The notes beneath the pieces are model-generated. The model had not been told where the DNA came from, did not search any database, and worked only from the letters and a program-made list of their open reading frames with translations. DNA of 64,000 bases from Macrostomum lignano (taxonomy: Eukaryota), in contig NIVC01000578.1 in assembly GCA_002269645.1 (NCBI GenBank), positions 76,549-140,548 on the forward strand, read 5' to 3'. The position numbers were made by a program, and so were the translations under genes. Below are positions 48,437 through 64,000 of this stretch, piece after piece. Every line of letters starts with the position of its first letter. Position 1 is the first letter of the stretch.

Positions 48437-48615
48437 ATATATTGGCCAAACAGGCTAATTGCCTGAGCCAAATTCTCTTACTACTACTTACTACTACTAC
48501 TCGCCGCACAGATCCCATTCTATCGAAATAATATTAATATTAAATACACTGACATATACTGGCCAAACAGGCTTCTTGCCTGAGCCAAATTACTACTACT
48601 ACTACTACTACTAGT
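48437..48615 (+). repeat. Two copies of a ~40-bp hairpin followed by a (CTA)n tail
   Basis: ggccaaacaggc....gcctgagccaaatt(cta)n at ~48443 and ~48560. Confidence 0.55.
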
Positions 48616-50482
48616 TACGTTCACTGGTGGCACCCAACTGCCACATAACCTTGATTTTAAGTTCAGGCTTCTTCTGCTCAGTCTGTCATTACTAGTGTGC
48701 ATTGTGCAACAATTCGATTGTGTAGTTCTGTAGTTCTATGTGGTTTGTCCAACACAGGCAACCAACAGTAAGGTCTCTAGTGAGATTTTGAAAGTTATAT
48801 TTTTGCAGATTGTTATTGTTAAATGTTATGGTGACAGTATATAAAAAGGAATATGATTATTTTTACAGTCAATGCATTAGACACTATGTGGGCCTAAGGT
48901 TTTAACTTAATGTTACCATATAAATTGCAAAACAGTTATTTTTGTAGTCACTAGGCCTATACTAGGCCCTATATATAAAAAGCAAAATGGCTATTTTTAG
49001 TCATTAGTAAGAAATTCATTTACATTCATTAATATCCAATATACTTATTGTTGGCAATTTTTTTACATTTGCTAAAAGTTTAGGGCCTATTCAATGTAGG
49101 CCTAACACTTTTCTATGCAACAGGGTTATCAATCCTAAATGTAGTCACTATCCTTCCTGTTCAATAGCTCTCTCAGTCTGTCAACATATATGCAAAAAGT
49201 GGATGCCTTGGCTATAGAACTCTGGGTGCATGTGCACTGGCCCTTAAAAAAGTTTGTTAGGTAGGTCTTCAGTAGGTCATTCTTATTATTGAACTCCTTG
49301 CTAGCCATAGAATAGTTGAAGGTGGCAAACAGGTGATAATTGGTAGGATATAAGATCTAGTTTGTACAGTGGGTAGGGAAGAATTGCCTAGCCTACCTAG
49401 CTCAAGCAGCTTTTAATAGGTCAACTTGTGTGCCTTATGTGCAGGTGGGTTATTATGCAACAAGATGACCTAGCAACATTCAAGAATCTAGGTGTATTTT
49501 AGCTAGTTTCTGTTGCAAGCATTTAAGCTATTAGTAAAAAGTAACATTGATGCTCTTGTTCTTTGGTAGTAGCTTCCATATGATTATTCCTTTTGTTTAG
49601 GCCTACCAAAAGATTGAAAGCATAACCTTCTTGGGGTGCAACTTAGCCTTGGCCTCTTGCTTTAGTTTTGCATTGGAATCAACCCATTGTCTATTCTTGA
49701 TTGCATTAAATATTGACATAGAAGCACAATTTTTGTCATTTATTATCATATCATCTAGCCAATCTAGATGGTGGGATTGGAAGAAGATAGTAAAAGCAGC
49801 CTCAATGAGCCAGTCCATGTCAATAGAAATCAGCTAGTGGGGCACCCAATATCCTAGCTTTGGCTTCTTATTCAAAAGGTGAAGGTAGTTGGCAACAATA
49901 AAGTGATGCATACCCAGTTGCGTGGCCAGCTCATATGTGATCTGCCAGGTTTTATAGGGCCTACTCAAGCAGTTGTTCCAATGTACCATTTTCAAGCCCT
50001 ATTGGAATAAGTTTCAAAAACCCGCAGACGCGCGACACAGGTACCAAAATTGTGCCCTCAAAAGTGCAACACGACACCAAATTTTGTTGACTAGGGGTGG
50101 CGACACGCGACACAACACCGATCACCAATGTCTATTGACCAAATGACTAAGGGGGGGGGGAGGATGCCACAGCAGCCACGTTGCAATTGACAATTCATGT
50201 TCTGCCATTCACTCCCGACACCTAGACCATGGGGCGAAGGACAAGAGTATTTCTTTCAATTTTGTGGAAAAAGAAATGAAATTTAAAAACAATAAACAGT
50301 AAAACAACAAAGGTACAACACTTAAAAAAACAGCGCACGCATTGTAACTAACAAGTAACATTTTTAAAAATTATATTTGAAGTATTAGTTACTTTACTGT
50401 CAAAATAAAAAAGAACAATTCAAGAACTAGTTATTATCAAACATGTTTAAAGCATTTAAATACCGAGAAACAACCATAAACA

Positions 50483-53842
<3,360 letters not shown>

Positions 53843-56535
53843 CAATGTTTGCCTCAAATCCTAATTTTACATGTATGTACACTATTTTACGTTTAACTCT
53901 ATCCTAACTATTAACAAGTTGTTGTTTGAGTTTGACCTTGGATTTTAGAATACATGCAAAAATAATTCCAGGGGAATTTCCAGGAAATGGAGTTCCCCGG
54001 GTTCAAAATCCGCGGGTTTCAACAGCTTGTATTACAATAAAACACAGTTTGCAAGGATTTGGCTACAGATCCAGGCCGCAATGGGACACATGACAACGCC
54101 AGTTGCTAAGTTGTCATACTATCGCGTTGCTTGATGTGATGCATGACAACACCAGGTTTCCACAGTGTTGCACAACGCAACACACCACTTGACACCACTG
54201 TCGCGCCATGCAACACCAGGAGAATCCAAAAATGCAACAGATGGTCGTCTGTGTTTTGTCAACTTATTCCAATAGGGTTTTCAAGCTATCAGCTAGCCAC
54301 TACATGGCTTGTCTTCAAGGCACTCATCTTTATCTTTGAATTGCTTGAACCAACTATTGGCAATCTGATGAGTAAGGGTTCCTGTACCAAATGCAACTTT
54401 GATGCCAATGGCCAATTGTTTTGCATTTTTGCCAAAGTGAAAATTGTAAAGAAGCAGTAGGCACTATAGGTCTTTTGAGAGCAAAGTATCTTTCACAGCT
54501 TCCTAATGGGAAATACCAATTGGGAATGATAGGATATTCTTGAAGGATAGACAGAATACTTGGTGGACAATGTCTAGAAGATAGGCAAAATGCCTATACT
54601 AGGTAACATGCCATGGGGATAAAAAAGTAGCATACTTCTATTGAAAAAATATGTCCCTTTAGGGATAAAGGCAGAATGCCTTTCAAAAAAACAAATAGTA
54701 AACAAATTTCTATTTTAAAAAGAACTATTAAGCACTTGGAAAGAGGCAAGCAAAGGCAAAAGGCTAGGAGCAAGTTGAAGTTTTTGCTTTTTTGTCAGTT
54801 TATATAATAAGAAAATAAAAATAGTAGAATCATTAATAACAAATATAGTATTTATATGAGTCTTTTAAAGCAATATATACAAAACAGTTTTTCCAAGTTT
54901 TGACACTGAAAGTCATCCACTTTGCTGGGTTGATATCATCTATCATCAATGATAAAGACAAAATAATTACCCAAATAAAAATTTAAAGTTTATAATACAA
55001 GAAAGCTTACTCTATTAAGACAAAATGTTTAGGATATGTGCACCTTTACCATTTGGATTGCAAATACAAATTGTGTGGCTTTTGTTGGCTTGCAGAGTGC
55101 ATCTAGAAATAAGCAAAAGAGCAAAAGCTGTACTGGGCCAATAAGAGAATTATGGAAGGAAAGTCAGATAACATAACTCAAGAATAGGAATAGCTGTGCA
55201 TTGAATTGATATGATTTATACACCCTACTAAAGGGTAAAGCACAGACCATATAAAATTTAAACCAGTAAAGTGGAGAAACTGTGGGCCATTTCCCCCATA
55301 AGAAACGTCCGTATGCAGGATTCAGACTGTGGCAGATTGCAGTCCGGTTCACTGAGAAAGGCACTGAAATCAATTTTGGCAGGTACAAATCATGCAGATG
55401 CAGCAGTCAATGTCCTCGTCCTCTTCTGCGCAGGTTGCAGGTGGCTTGCAAAGGCAGCAAAAAATCGATACAATTGCTCCTGGGTACCACTGCCCTTTGC
55501 ACATTTGCTGAGAGGCATTAAATTGCTCAATGAAGCAAGATGGAGAGAAGTGCTAGGAGCAAATTCTTGATGATGCTGACGGCTGAAAGCCTTCTTAAAG
55601 GATAGCTACGATCCATATTTACTTCAGCTCATCGTCCTTCGGAAATGAGTGAAAAAATACTCCAGTCGAGCAGCCAAAAGCACAGAAATTGCCACTTGCC
55701 ACACTTTCTGGTGCTTTCCTCTTTTTTCTTGGAGCTGGCTGCATAGATAAGAATGCTTGTTTGAGAGTTTAAGTTTAAAGTTTTAAGTTTTATCATAGAA
55801 AATATTGAAACCATGTGCATGGTATTCAGGTACCATGGTACGAGTATTGCGACACCATTGAGGACTGAATATTTCAACGAAAAATTACTTCCAAGAAGTG
55901 TACACATTTTAAACTAATTTGAAATCGCATTACCACTTCTCACACTCTCTGGCTGGTGCAGCTATAATAATCAGCTAAGAGTACAATTTGCTGAGTTGCC
56001 ATAATGTCTAGTTGACAAAATGCCGGTTGACGAAATGTCCGTTCACCTGTTTGAGAGATTTTTGTGGGATATTTTTGCAAGTGGATATTTATCCCCCTGA
56101 GGTTTTAAAACTCTATAATGAGTAAATTGTAAGCACCGACCCGCTTGAAAATGAGACAGTCACTACCATTTTTTGTCCCACATATCGATCGAAGTGGGGC
56201 AGCAGGGGAAGGACCATTTTTGTGTTTCTGTTTTGTCCCACAACGCGGTCTTGGACCCCCCCCCCAAATATGAATTTCTTTAGAAAAGCTTGCTTGCCAG
56301 ATGGCGATTTGGTCAGCAAACGAAATGCCTTCCGCAAGGCCTGCATTTGTACTGAAATTAGTAGAGATCTTGAATGTTCAAAACAGCTGGCAAACAGGTA
56401 TTGAAAAAACTAGAACTACTGTGTGTGGTCCAAATTTGGTTGTTATATTAAAATGTACGAAAATCATTGATGGATTGCCAATCAAACCCCGCAGCCAGCA
56501 GTTTGGAGGCCCCCCAAGCAGTTCTCCGCAGTCCC

Positions 56536-59500
56536 ATGAGCAACCCGCACCGGCCCAGCTCTGGGGCCAGCGCCAACAGGCACAGCAATGCCCCCGGCGG
56601 CGCCTCCCGGAATGAGGCCTTCCTGATGGTGGGGCCGAACTTCAAGGTTGGCAAGAAGATCGGCTCTGGTAACTTTGGCGAACTCCGGCTGGGCAAGAAC
56701 ATCTACAACAATGAGCACGTGGCCGTTAAACTGGAGCCGCTGAAGTCCAGGGCGCCGCAGCTGCATCTGGAGTTCCGCTTCTACAGCGAGCTGGGAACCA
56801 GCGAGGGAATCCCGCAGATTTTCTATTTTGGCCCGACACACAAGTACAATGCGCTGGTCATGGAGCTGCTGGGGCCCTCGCTTGAGGATCTGTTTGACAT
56901 CTGCGACAGGCACTTCAGTCTCAAGACTGTGCTCATGATTGCTGTACAACTGGTGAGTGCTCAAGACTGTGCTCATGGTTGCTGTACAACTGGTGAGTGC
57001 TCAAGACTGTGCTCATGATTGCTGTACAACTGGTGAGTGCTCAAGACTGTGCTCATGATTGCTGTACAACTGGTGAGTGCTCAAGACTGTGCTCATGATT
57101 GCTGTACAACTAGTGAGTGCCCAAGACTGTACTGATGAGTGCTCAAGACTGCTCAATGCTTGCCGACTCGCCCTCAGCTGCACCGCATTGAGTACGTGCA
57201 CTCGCACCGTCTCATCTATCGCGACATCAAGCCGGAGAACTTCCTGATCGGGCGGCAGACCACCCGCAGACAGCACATCATCCACATTATCGATTTCGGT
57301 CTGGCCAAGGAGTACATTGACAAGGACACTGGCAAGCACATCCCGTACAGAGAGCACAAGAGCCTCACCGGCACTGCTCGGTACATGAGCATCAACACGC
57401 ATTTAGGCAAGGGTGAGTAGTTGCAGCTGACTCATAGAGTATCCTTTAAGGTGTGGGTCAGCTGACCCATCGAGTATCCAATTCAGCTTGTGGGTCAGCT
57501 GACCCATCGAGTATCCAATTCAGCTTGTGGGTCAGCTGACCCATTGAGTATCCAATTCAGCTTGTGGGTCAGCTGACCCATCGAGTATCCAATTCAGCTT
57601 GTGGGTCAGCTGACCCATCGAGTATCCTTCAGTTTGCGGGTCAGCTGACCCATCGAGTATCCAATTCAGTTTGTGGGTCAGCTGACCCATCGAGTATCCA
57701 ATTCAGTTTGTGGGTCAGCTGACCCATCGAGTATCCAATTCAGCTTGTGGGTCAGCTGACCCATCGAGTATCCTTCAGTTTGCGGGTCAGCTGACCCATC
57801 GAGTATCCAATTCAGTTTGTGGGTCAGCTGACCCATCGAGTATCCTTCAGTTTGTAGGTCAGCTGACTGATTTAGTATTATTCAGTGTACTGCAGGAGTT
57901 GATAACTTAAGAGTAAGTAATCTTCTCTCAACGGTAAAGCTGTTTCTAATTATCGAATGCTGATTAATACCCAGTCTGGCGTAATTCGGTGTCCCGCGGG
58001 AGCTCGCGAATTCAATTCTCCTTTAGTAATTCTCCATCGCCCCCCTCCTGCCCAGAGCAATCCAGACGCGACGACCTGGAGGCTCTGGGCCACATGTTCA
58101 TGTACTTCCTGCGCGGCAGCCTGCCCTGGCAGGGCCTCAAGGCCGACAACCTGAAGGAGCGCTACCAGAAAATTGGCGACACGAAACGGGCAACGCCTAT
58201 TGAAGTGCTGTGCGAGGGTTTCCCCGGTGAGTGCCGAGTGTGACTGGAATCTAGTAATTATTAGGAATCTCCCATATCGTAGTGGCATTTTCCCAAAAGC
58301 TTCCTGATCCCAAATATCCTATCTGTCACTTCCCGATCCCAAGTATCCTATCTGTCAACTCCCGATCCCAAATATCCTATCTGTCACTTCCCGATCCCAA
58401 ATATCCTATCTGTCAACTCCCGATCCCAAATATCCTATCTGTCACTTCCCGATCCCAAATATCCTATCTGTCACTTCCCGATCCCAAATATCCTATCTGT
58501 CACTTCCCGATCCCAAATATCCTATCTGTCACTTCCCGATCCCAAATATCCTATCTGTCACTTCCCGATCCCAAATATCCCATCTGTCACTTCCTGATCC
58601 CAAACATCCTATCTGTCACTTCCCGATCCCAAATATCCTATCTGTCACTTTCCGATCCCAAATATCCTATCTGTCACTTCCCGATCCCAAATATCCCATC
58701 TGTCAACTCCCGATCCCAAATATCCTATCTGTCACTTCCCGATCCCAAATATCCTATCTGTCACTTCCCGATCCCAAATATCCTATCTGTCACTTCCCGA
58801 TCCCAAATATCCCATCTGTCAACTCCCGATCCCAAATTCCCCAAACGCCGCAGAGGAGCTGGCCAGCTACCTTCGGTACGTCCGCGGCCTGGACTTCTAC
58901 CAGGACCCTGACTACGCCTTCCTGCGCTCGCTGTTCACTGAACTGATGGCCAAGAACGGCTGGTCCTGCGAATGGGACTTTGACTGGCTGTCCCGGCAGG
59001 AGCAGACCGTAAGCCAATGAGTCGATGAGCTCTCATAGCTTCGACCTTTATATGTTTGAGACGGTTTGTGCCTTGCCGAGGGAGATAAGCGAGCAGTTAA
59101 AGACGGACTGACTGAATGCTTTATGGGCGAGAGAGAGTCTAAATTGGCGATGCGGAAATCTGATGGTTGATGCGCTTTACGGGGCTTCTAAACTTCAGAA
59201 ATCGTTTTCTTTAGAAATTGATTAGTGTTTATTTAAGCTACTTTTATAAGTAGAAATTAGAAATTTTATCCTATTTATATTTATATTGTTCTGTTTTTTG
59301 GTCCCCGCAGGGCACCCCAGTCAGCGGCGGCGCGGATGCTGATGCGAAAGCCCGGCACGGGCCGTCCACTCAGAAAGTAAGCTGCCCAGCAGAGTACTCA
59401 TTATTCCAGCTTTCCGCCCCTGGCATTCCAGCTTTCCACCCCTGGCATTCCAGCCTTCCGCCCCCTGGCATTCCAGCTTTCCGCCCCTGGCATTCCAGCT

Positions 59501-61903
59501 TTCCGCCCCCTGGCATTCCAGCCTTCCGCCCCCTGGCATTCCAGCTATCCGCCCCCTGTAATTCCAGCTTTCCGCCCCTGGCATTCCAGCTTTCCGCCCC
59601 TGGCATTCCAGCCTTCCGCCCCCTGGCATTCCAGCTTTCCGCCCCCTGTAATTCCAGCTTTCCGCCTCTGGCATTCCAGCTTTCCGCCCCTGGCATTCCA
59701 GCTTTCCGCCCCCTGGCATTCCAGCTTTCCGCCCCCTGGCATTCCAGCCTTCCGCCCCCTGGCATTCCAGCTATCCGCCCCCTGTAATTCCAGCTTTCCG
59801 CCCCTGGCATTCCAGCTTTCCGCCCCTGGCATTCCAGCCTTCCGCCCCCTGGCATTCCAGCTTTCCGCCCCCTGTAATTCCAGCTTTCCGCCTCTGGCAT
59901 TCCAGCTTTCCGCCCCTGGCATTCCAGCCTTCCGCCCCCTGGCATTCCAGCTTTCCGCCCCTGGCATTCCAGCTTTCCGCCCCCTGGCATTCCAGCTTTC
60001 CGCCCCTGGCATTCCAGCCTTCCGCCCCCTGGCATTCCAACTTTCCGCCCCCTGTAATTCCAGCTTTCCGCCTCTGGCATTCCAGCTTTCCGCCCCTGGC
60101 ATTCCAGCCTTCCGCCCCCTGGCATTCCAGCCTTCCGCCCCCTGGCATTCCAGCTTTCCGCCCCTGGCATTCCAGCCTTCCGCCCCCTGGCATTCCAGCT
60201 TTCCGCCCCTGGCATTCCAGCCTTCCGGAGATTCACTCTGATCTCTGGAGAATTCACCTCTAAATTCACCCTGATCTCCGGAGAGTTCACCTCTAAACTC
60301 ACCCTGATCTCTGGAGAATTCACCTCTAAATTCACCCTGATCTCTGGAGAATTCACCTCTAAATTCACCCTGATCTCTGGAGAATTCACCTCTAAATTCA
60401 CCCTGATATCTGGAGAATTCACCTCTAAATTCACCCTGATCTCTGGAGAATTCACCTCTAAATTCACTCTGATCTTCGGAGAATTCACCTCTAAATTCAC
60501 CCTGATCTCTGGAGAATTCACCTCTAAATTCACCCTGATCTCTGGAGAATTCACCTCTAAATTCACCCTGATCTCTGGAGAATTCACCTCTAAATTCACT
60601 CTGATCTCTGGAGAATTCACCTCTAAGTTCACCCTGAACTCAGCTCATACAAAGCCGCAAGAGGCTGTCAGCGGCGCAGCATTTACCTGAGCCCCCCGTC
60701 CCCACTGCCGCAAGCAGCAGCCCGAGACCCCGCACCGGTTCCGCGATCGAACCACTCGCTACCAGCGGGAGGTTGATCACAATCGAGCTTTCGAATGCAG
60801 CGCCGAAACGGACAGGATGGTACTCTGATGGAGTAAAGCTGCCTACTTAGTAGATTTAGACTAGCATGTCCGCTATGAGCTACTGATGACTAATTTCAGT
60901 AGAGTAATGCGCATTTTAAATGCTTTATTAAATTCTTTCCGATTGATTATTCGGTTGCCTAAGCAATGTTATGCAGCTACTCTGATTGAGCACACGCCCT
61001 CTGCTCAACCATCAGCTGACCAGCCTCAATAACCAGGCGGCCGGACTCACCGCCGAGTGCGTTGCCAATAGAAACAATTTAAACAAAAGAACCTGCGGCA
61101 GCCTCTCTGCTGAGCGGCCAGTCGCCTCCGTGCGCGTGATTGCTTTTATTGATTCCACAGAGTTCCTGTTTATTATAAGCTTTTTTGTTTCGGTTTGGTT
61201 CTGACTGATGTTTGGACTTGCTGGACCAGCCTCCCAGATCCTCAGTTGCCAGACCAGCCTCCCAGATCCTCAGTTGCCGGGCCAGCCTCCCAGATCCTCA
61301 GTTGCCGGGCCAGCCTCCCAGATCCTCAGTTGCCGGGCCAGCCTCCCAGATCCTCAGTTGCCGGGCCAGCCTCCCAGATCCTCAGTTGCTATGTCAGCCT
61401 CCCAGATCCTCAGTTGCTATGCCAGCCTCCCAGATCCTCAGTTACTATGCCAGCCTCCCAGATCCTCACTTGCCGGGCCAGCCGGTCAGATCCGCCGCTA
61501 TTTCCCCCCATCCTATTGATTGTCCAGTGGCTGCTGGTTGCCCGCTCCCATAGCTACAACTGAGTTGCTATCTCACGATCCTAAAAGGCTCGTAAAAGGA
61601 TCCTAAAATTCAATTCAATCGCGTGACCCCTTCCGCCCCCAGGTGATCAGTTCCATGGCCTTTGACCAGGTGGGCGGCGGAGACGCGGCAGGCGCCGGCC
61701 AGACGTCCCGCCAGCCAATCGCGGCGGCCGGCGCCGACGCCGGAGGCGATCAGGAGGCCGACGAGGTGGGCAGCGGCGAGGCCAAGTGCTGCTTCTTCAG
61801 GCGGCGACGCAGGGCTGGGAAGAAGGCGCAAGAGCAGCAGCAGCAGCGCGCGGCGGCTGGCAAAAGCCGGGCTGATCAGCATTTGCATGCGCCGCTCGCG
61901 TAG
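56536..61903 (+). CDS. CSNK1G: Casein kinase I gamma (gilgamesh-like)
   Basis: Exons 56536-56952, 57178-57412, 58056-58226, 58854-59008, 59311-59376, 61016-61135, 61643-61903. Motifs [82 protein letters not shown] and C-terminal [10 protein letters not shown]. In-frame upstream ATG at 56470 also possible; tail exons less certain. Confidence 0.92.
56920..57150 (+). repeat. 40-bp tandem repeat spanning the CK1 exon 1/intron 1 junction
   Basis: Unit ctcaagactgtgctcatgattgctgtacaactg|gtgagtg, 5 copies plus degenerate tail. Confidence 0.95.
57450..57870. repeat. 34-37-bp array with 14-bp palindrome in CK1 intron 2
   Basis: Unit gtgggtcagctgacccatcgagtatccaattcagctt; gggtcagctgaccc is self-complementary. 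Confidence 0.95.
58300..58837. repeat. 29-bp minisatellite in CK1 intron 3
   Basis: Unit cccgatcccaaatatcctatctgtcactt. Confidence 0.95.
59401..60225. repeat. 22-23-bp minisatellite in CK1 intron 5
   Basis: Unit ccctggcattccagctttccgcc. Confidence 0.95.
60226..60637. repeat. 33-bp minisatellite abutting the previous array
   Basis: Unit ctctaaattcaccctgatctctggagaattcac, ~12 copies. Confidence 0.95.
61224..61487 (+). repeat. 29-bp minisatellite, family B, in the last CK1 intron
   Basis: Unit ccagcctcccagatcctcagttgccgggc; same core as 27155-27727. Confidence 0.9.
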
Positions 61904-62084
61904 CGCCGCCGTAGAGGGCGCGCGTCACAGGCGCTTCGGTCTGCTGTTTTTTGGCGAAACTCAGAATTTTCCTTTTTCATTTTCTTGGTTCGCATTCGCC
62001 TACTTCAAGTAGGCAAGTTTGGGACTCCAGCGTGTACTGGGGGTAGAATTTGATAAAATGCTGCAGATTGGCTATTAGTTTCAT

Positions 62085-62385
62085 CAGTATTGGCAGATTG
62101 GCTGGCAGTTTTGAGTATTGGCAGATTGGCTGGTAGTTTCATGAGTATTGGCAGATTGGCTGGCAGTTTTGAGTATTGGCAGATTGGCTGGTAGTTTTGA
62201 GTATTGGCAGATTGGCAGGTAGTTTTGAGTATTGGCAGATTGGCAGGTAGTTTTGAGTATTGGCAGATTGGCTAGCAGTTTCATGAGTATTGGCAGATTG
62301 GCTGGCAGTTTTGAGTATTGGCAGATTGGCTGGTAGTTTCATGAGTATTGGCAGATTAGCTGGTAGTTTCATGAATATTGGCAGA
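62085..62385. repeat. 28-30-bp minisatellite
   Basis: Unit gagtattggcagattggctggcagtttt. Confidence 0.9.
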
Positions 62386-62814
62386 GGATCGGCCCGCAAG
62401 CTCAGCTATTTTACCTCGCTGAAACTAAAGGCTCAGGCCGTTTATAATTTATAATTTATAACATTTTTTACATTCGCTCCCTGCGAGCTGGTTGGTGTCC
62501 ACCGCGGGCTCCGCATATTCCATGCTTTTCAGCGTGTGCGGTTAATGTGACTGCCGCTTACTTTTATTGGAGACAAAACCCAATATTGTAACTCACTGCC
62601 CCGCTGCTTCCGCTGCAGCTTCTGCGACTGCAGCTTTTGCTTTGCTTTGCAAATTTCTGCCGTTTTTGTTATTTTTATCTACTGTAGCTTCCGCCATGCG
62701 ATGGTCTGAGGGGTCGAGTGGGAAGATTCTGGCCTGCCAAAATTTCATATTGGAGGCCTCTCAATCATAGTATCGGCGCCTAGTAGTCACGCATTTGTGG
62801 TAGGCTTTGAGGAC

Positions 62815-63125
62815 TACTCAGGGTAGATTTTGAAACTACTTGGGGTAGATTCTGGGACTATTTAGGGTAGATTCTGGGACTACTTGGGGTAGATTCTGGG
62901 ACTATTTAGGGTAGATTCTTGGACTACTTGGGGTAGATTCTGGGACTGCCTAGGGTAGATTCTGGGACTACTTAGGGTAGATTCTGGGACTACTTAGGGT
63001 AGATTCTGGGACTACTTAGGGTAGGTTCTGGGACTGCTTGGGGTAGATTCTGGGACTACTTAGGGTAGATTCTGGGACTACTTAGGGTAGATTCTGGGCC
63101 TGCTTAGGGTAGATTCGGAGACTAC
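62815..63125. repeat. 22-bp minisatellite
   Basis: Unit gggtagattctgggactactta. Confidence 0.9.
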
Positions 63126-63424
63126 TCAGAGTGGGTTAAAAATCAGCGTTCCCCCTACTCGATCCCCTGGCCATTCCTCAGACATGAATCCGTACGCGGA
63201 GACAGACATGGCTTACACAGAGTTCAAAGTATTTGACAACTGCATAAATGTACTTTAGCCGGCCGCATCGGACCAAAATGAGAGCCTCTTGGCTCTGCAG
63301 CTGCAGACGCCAGTTCAAGCTGGGCGTTGCCTGCCGCTGTATTGCATAACGAACTTGATGTCTCCAGATTCCAATTGCGCGGTTTTTTTATCACTTTTGT
63401 GTTTGTAACTAATTTTGCTTCCAG

Positions 63425-63476
63425 TTTTTATCCTTGTGCTCATTATTATCGGAATTATAGTCGGCATTGAGCCCGG
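63425..63476 (+). CDS. Internal exon encoding a transmembrane helix; gene continues beyond the window
   Basis: ttttgcttccag|TT TTT ATC CTT GTG CTC ATT ATT ATC GGA ATT ATA GTC GGC ATT GAG CCC GG|gtgaga = xFILVLIIIGIIVGIEPG. Upstream exons not resolved. Confidence 0.45.
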
Positions 63477-64000
63477 GTGAGACTCTCAGCTCCCAGTACT
63501 GTGAGACTGTCGGCATTGAGCCCAGGTGAGACTCTCAGCTCCCAGTACTGTGAGATTGTCGGCATTGAGCCCGGGTGAGACTCTCAGCTCCCAGTACTGT
63601 GAGATTGTCGGCATTGAGCCCGGGTGAGACTCTCAGCTCCCAGTACTGTGAGACTGTCGGCATTGAGCCCGGGAGGGACTCTCAGCTCCCAGTACTGTGA
63701 GACTGTCGGCATTGAGCCCGGGAGGGACTCTCAGCTCCCAGTACTGTGAGACTGTCGGCATTGAGCCCGGGAGGGACTCTCAGCTCCCAGTACTGTGAGA
63801 CTGTCGGCATTGAGCCCAGGTGAGACTCTCAGCTCCCAGTACTGTGAGACGTCGGCATTGAGCCCGGGTGAGACTCTCAGCTCCCAGTACTGTGAGATTG
63901 TCGGCATTGAGCCCGGGTGAGACTCTCAGCTCCCAGTACTGTGAGATTGTCGGCATTGAGCCCGGGTGAGACTCTCAGCTCCCCCAGTACTGTGAGATTG
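63459..64000 (+). repeat. 49-bp tandem repeat containing that exon's 3' end and donor
   Basis: Unit gtcggcattgagcccgg|gtgagactctcagctcccagtactgtgagact, >=11 copies, runs off the window. Confidence 0.95.

Noticed and set aside
54500-55950. Short ORFs in AT-rich DNA upstream of CK1-gamma
   Set aside because: No consistent frame or motif; probably decayed repeat.

Overview
Eukaryotic (animal) genomic DNA. Short introns, GC-rich codons and minisatellite-filled introns suggest a free-living flatworm such as Macrostomum (inference only). Gene models built by hand from splice signals: a 14-exon GABA-B-like class C GPCR (-, 527-5600, one GC-AG intron), IntS9 (+), SNX4 (+), a secreted PAN/Apple + LamG-like protein (+), a 3-exon ankyrin-repeat/cGAS-like (Mab-21, cGLR) fusion (-, 36836-41074, ~1277 aa), an unknown small gene (-), casein kinase I gamma (+) and one orphan TM exon at the right edge. 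Between them are three decayed mariners, two unclassified TIR elements (10-bp and 8-bp TSD), a hAT MITE, a CORE-type SINE, a Helitron-like element and over 20 tandem arrays. Best leads: (1) the ORF track's separate ankyrin and Mab-21 ORFs splice in frame into one receptor with an intact catalytic triad; (2) old transposons show RIP-like CpA->TpA changes and CpG-free tracts; (3) some arrays duplicate the exon/5' splice-site junction itself, and two array families recur in different genes in the same transcriptional orientation. Nothing was database-searched; family calls rest on recognised motifs.
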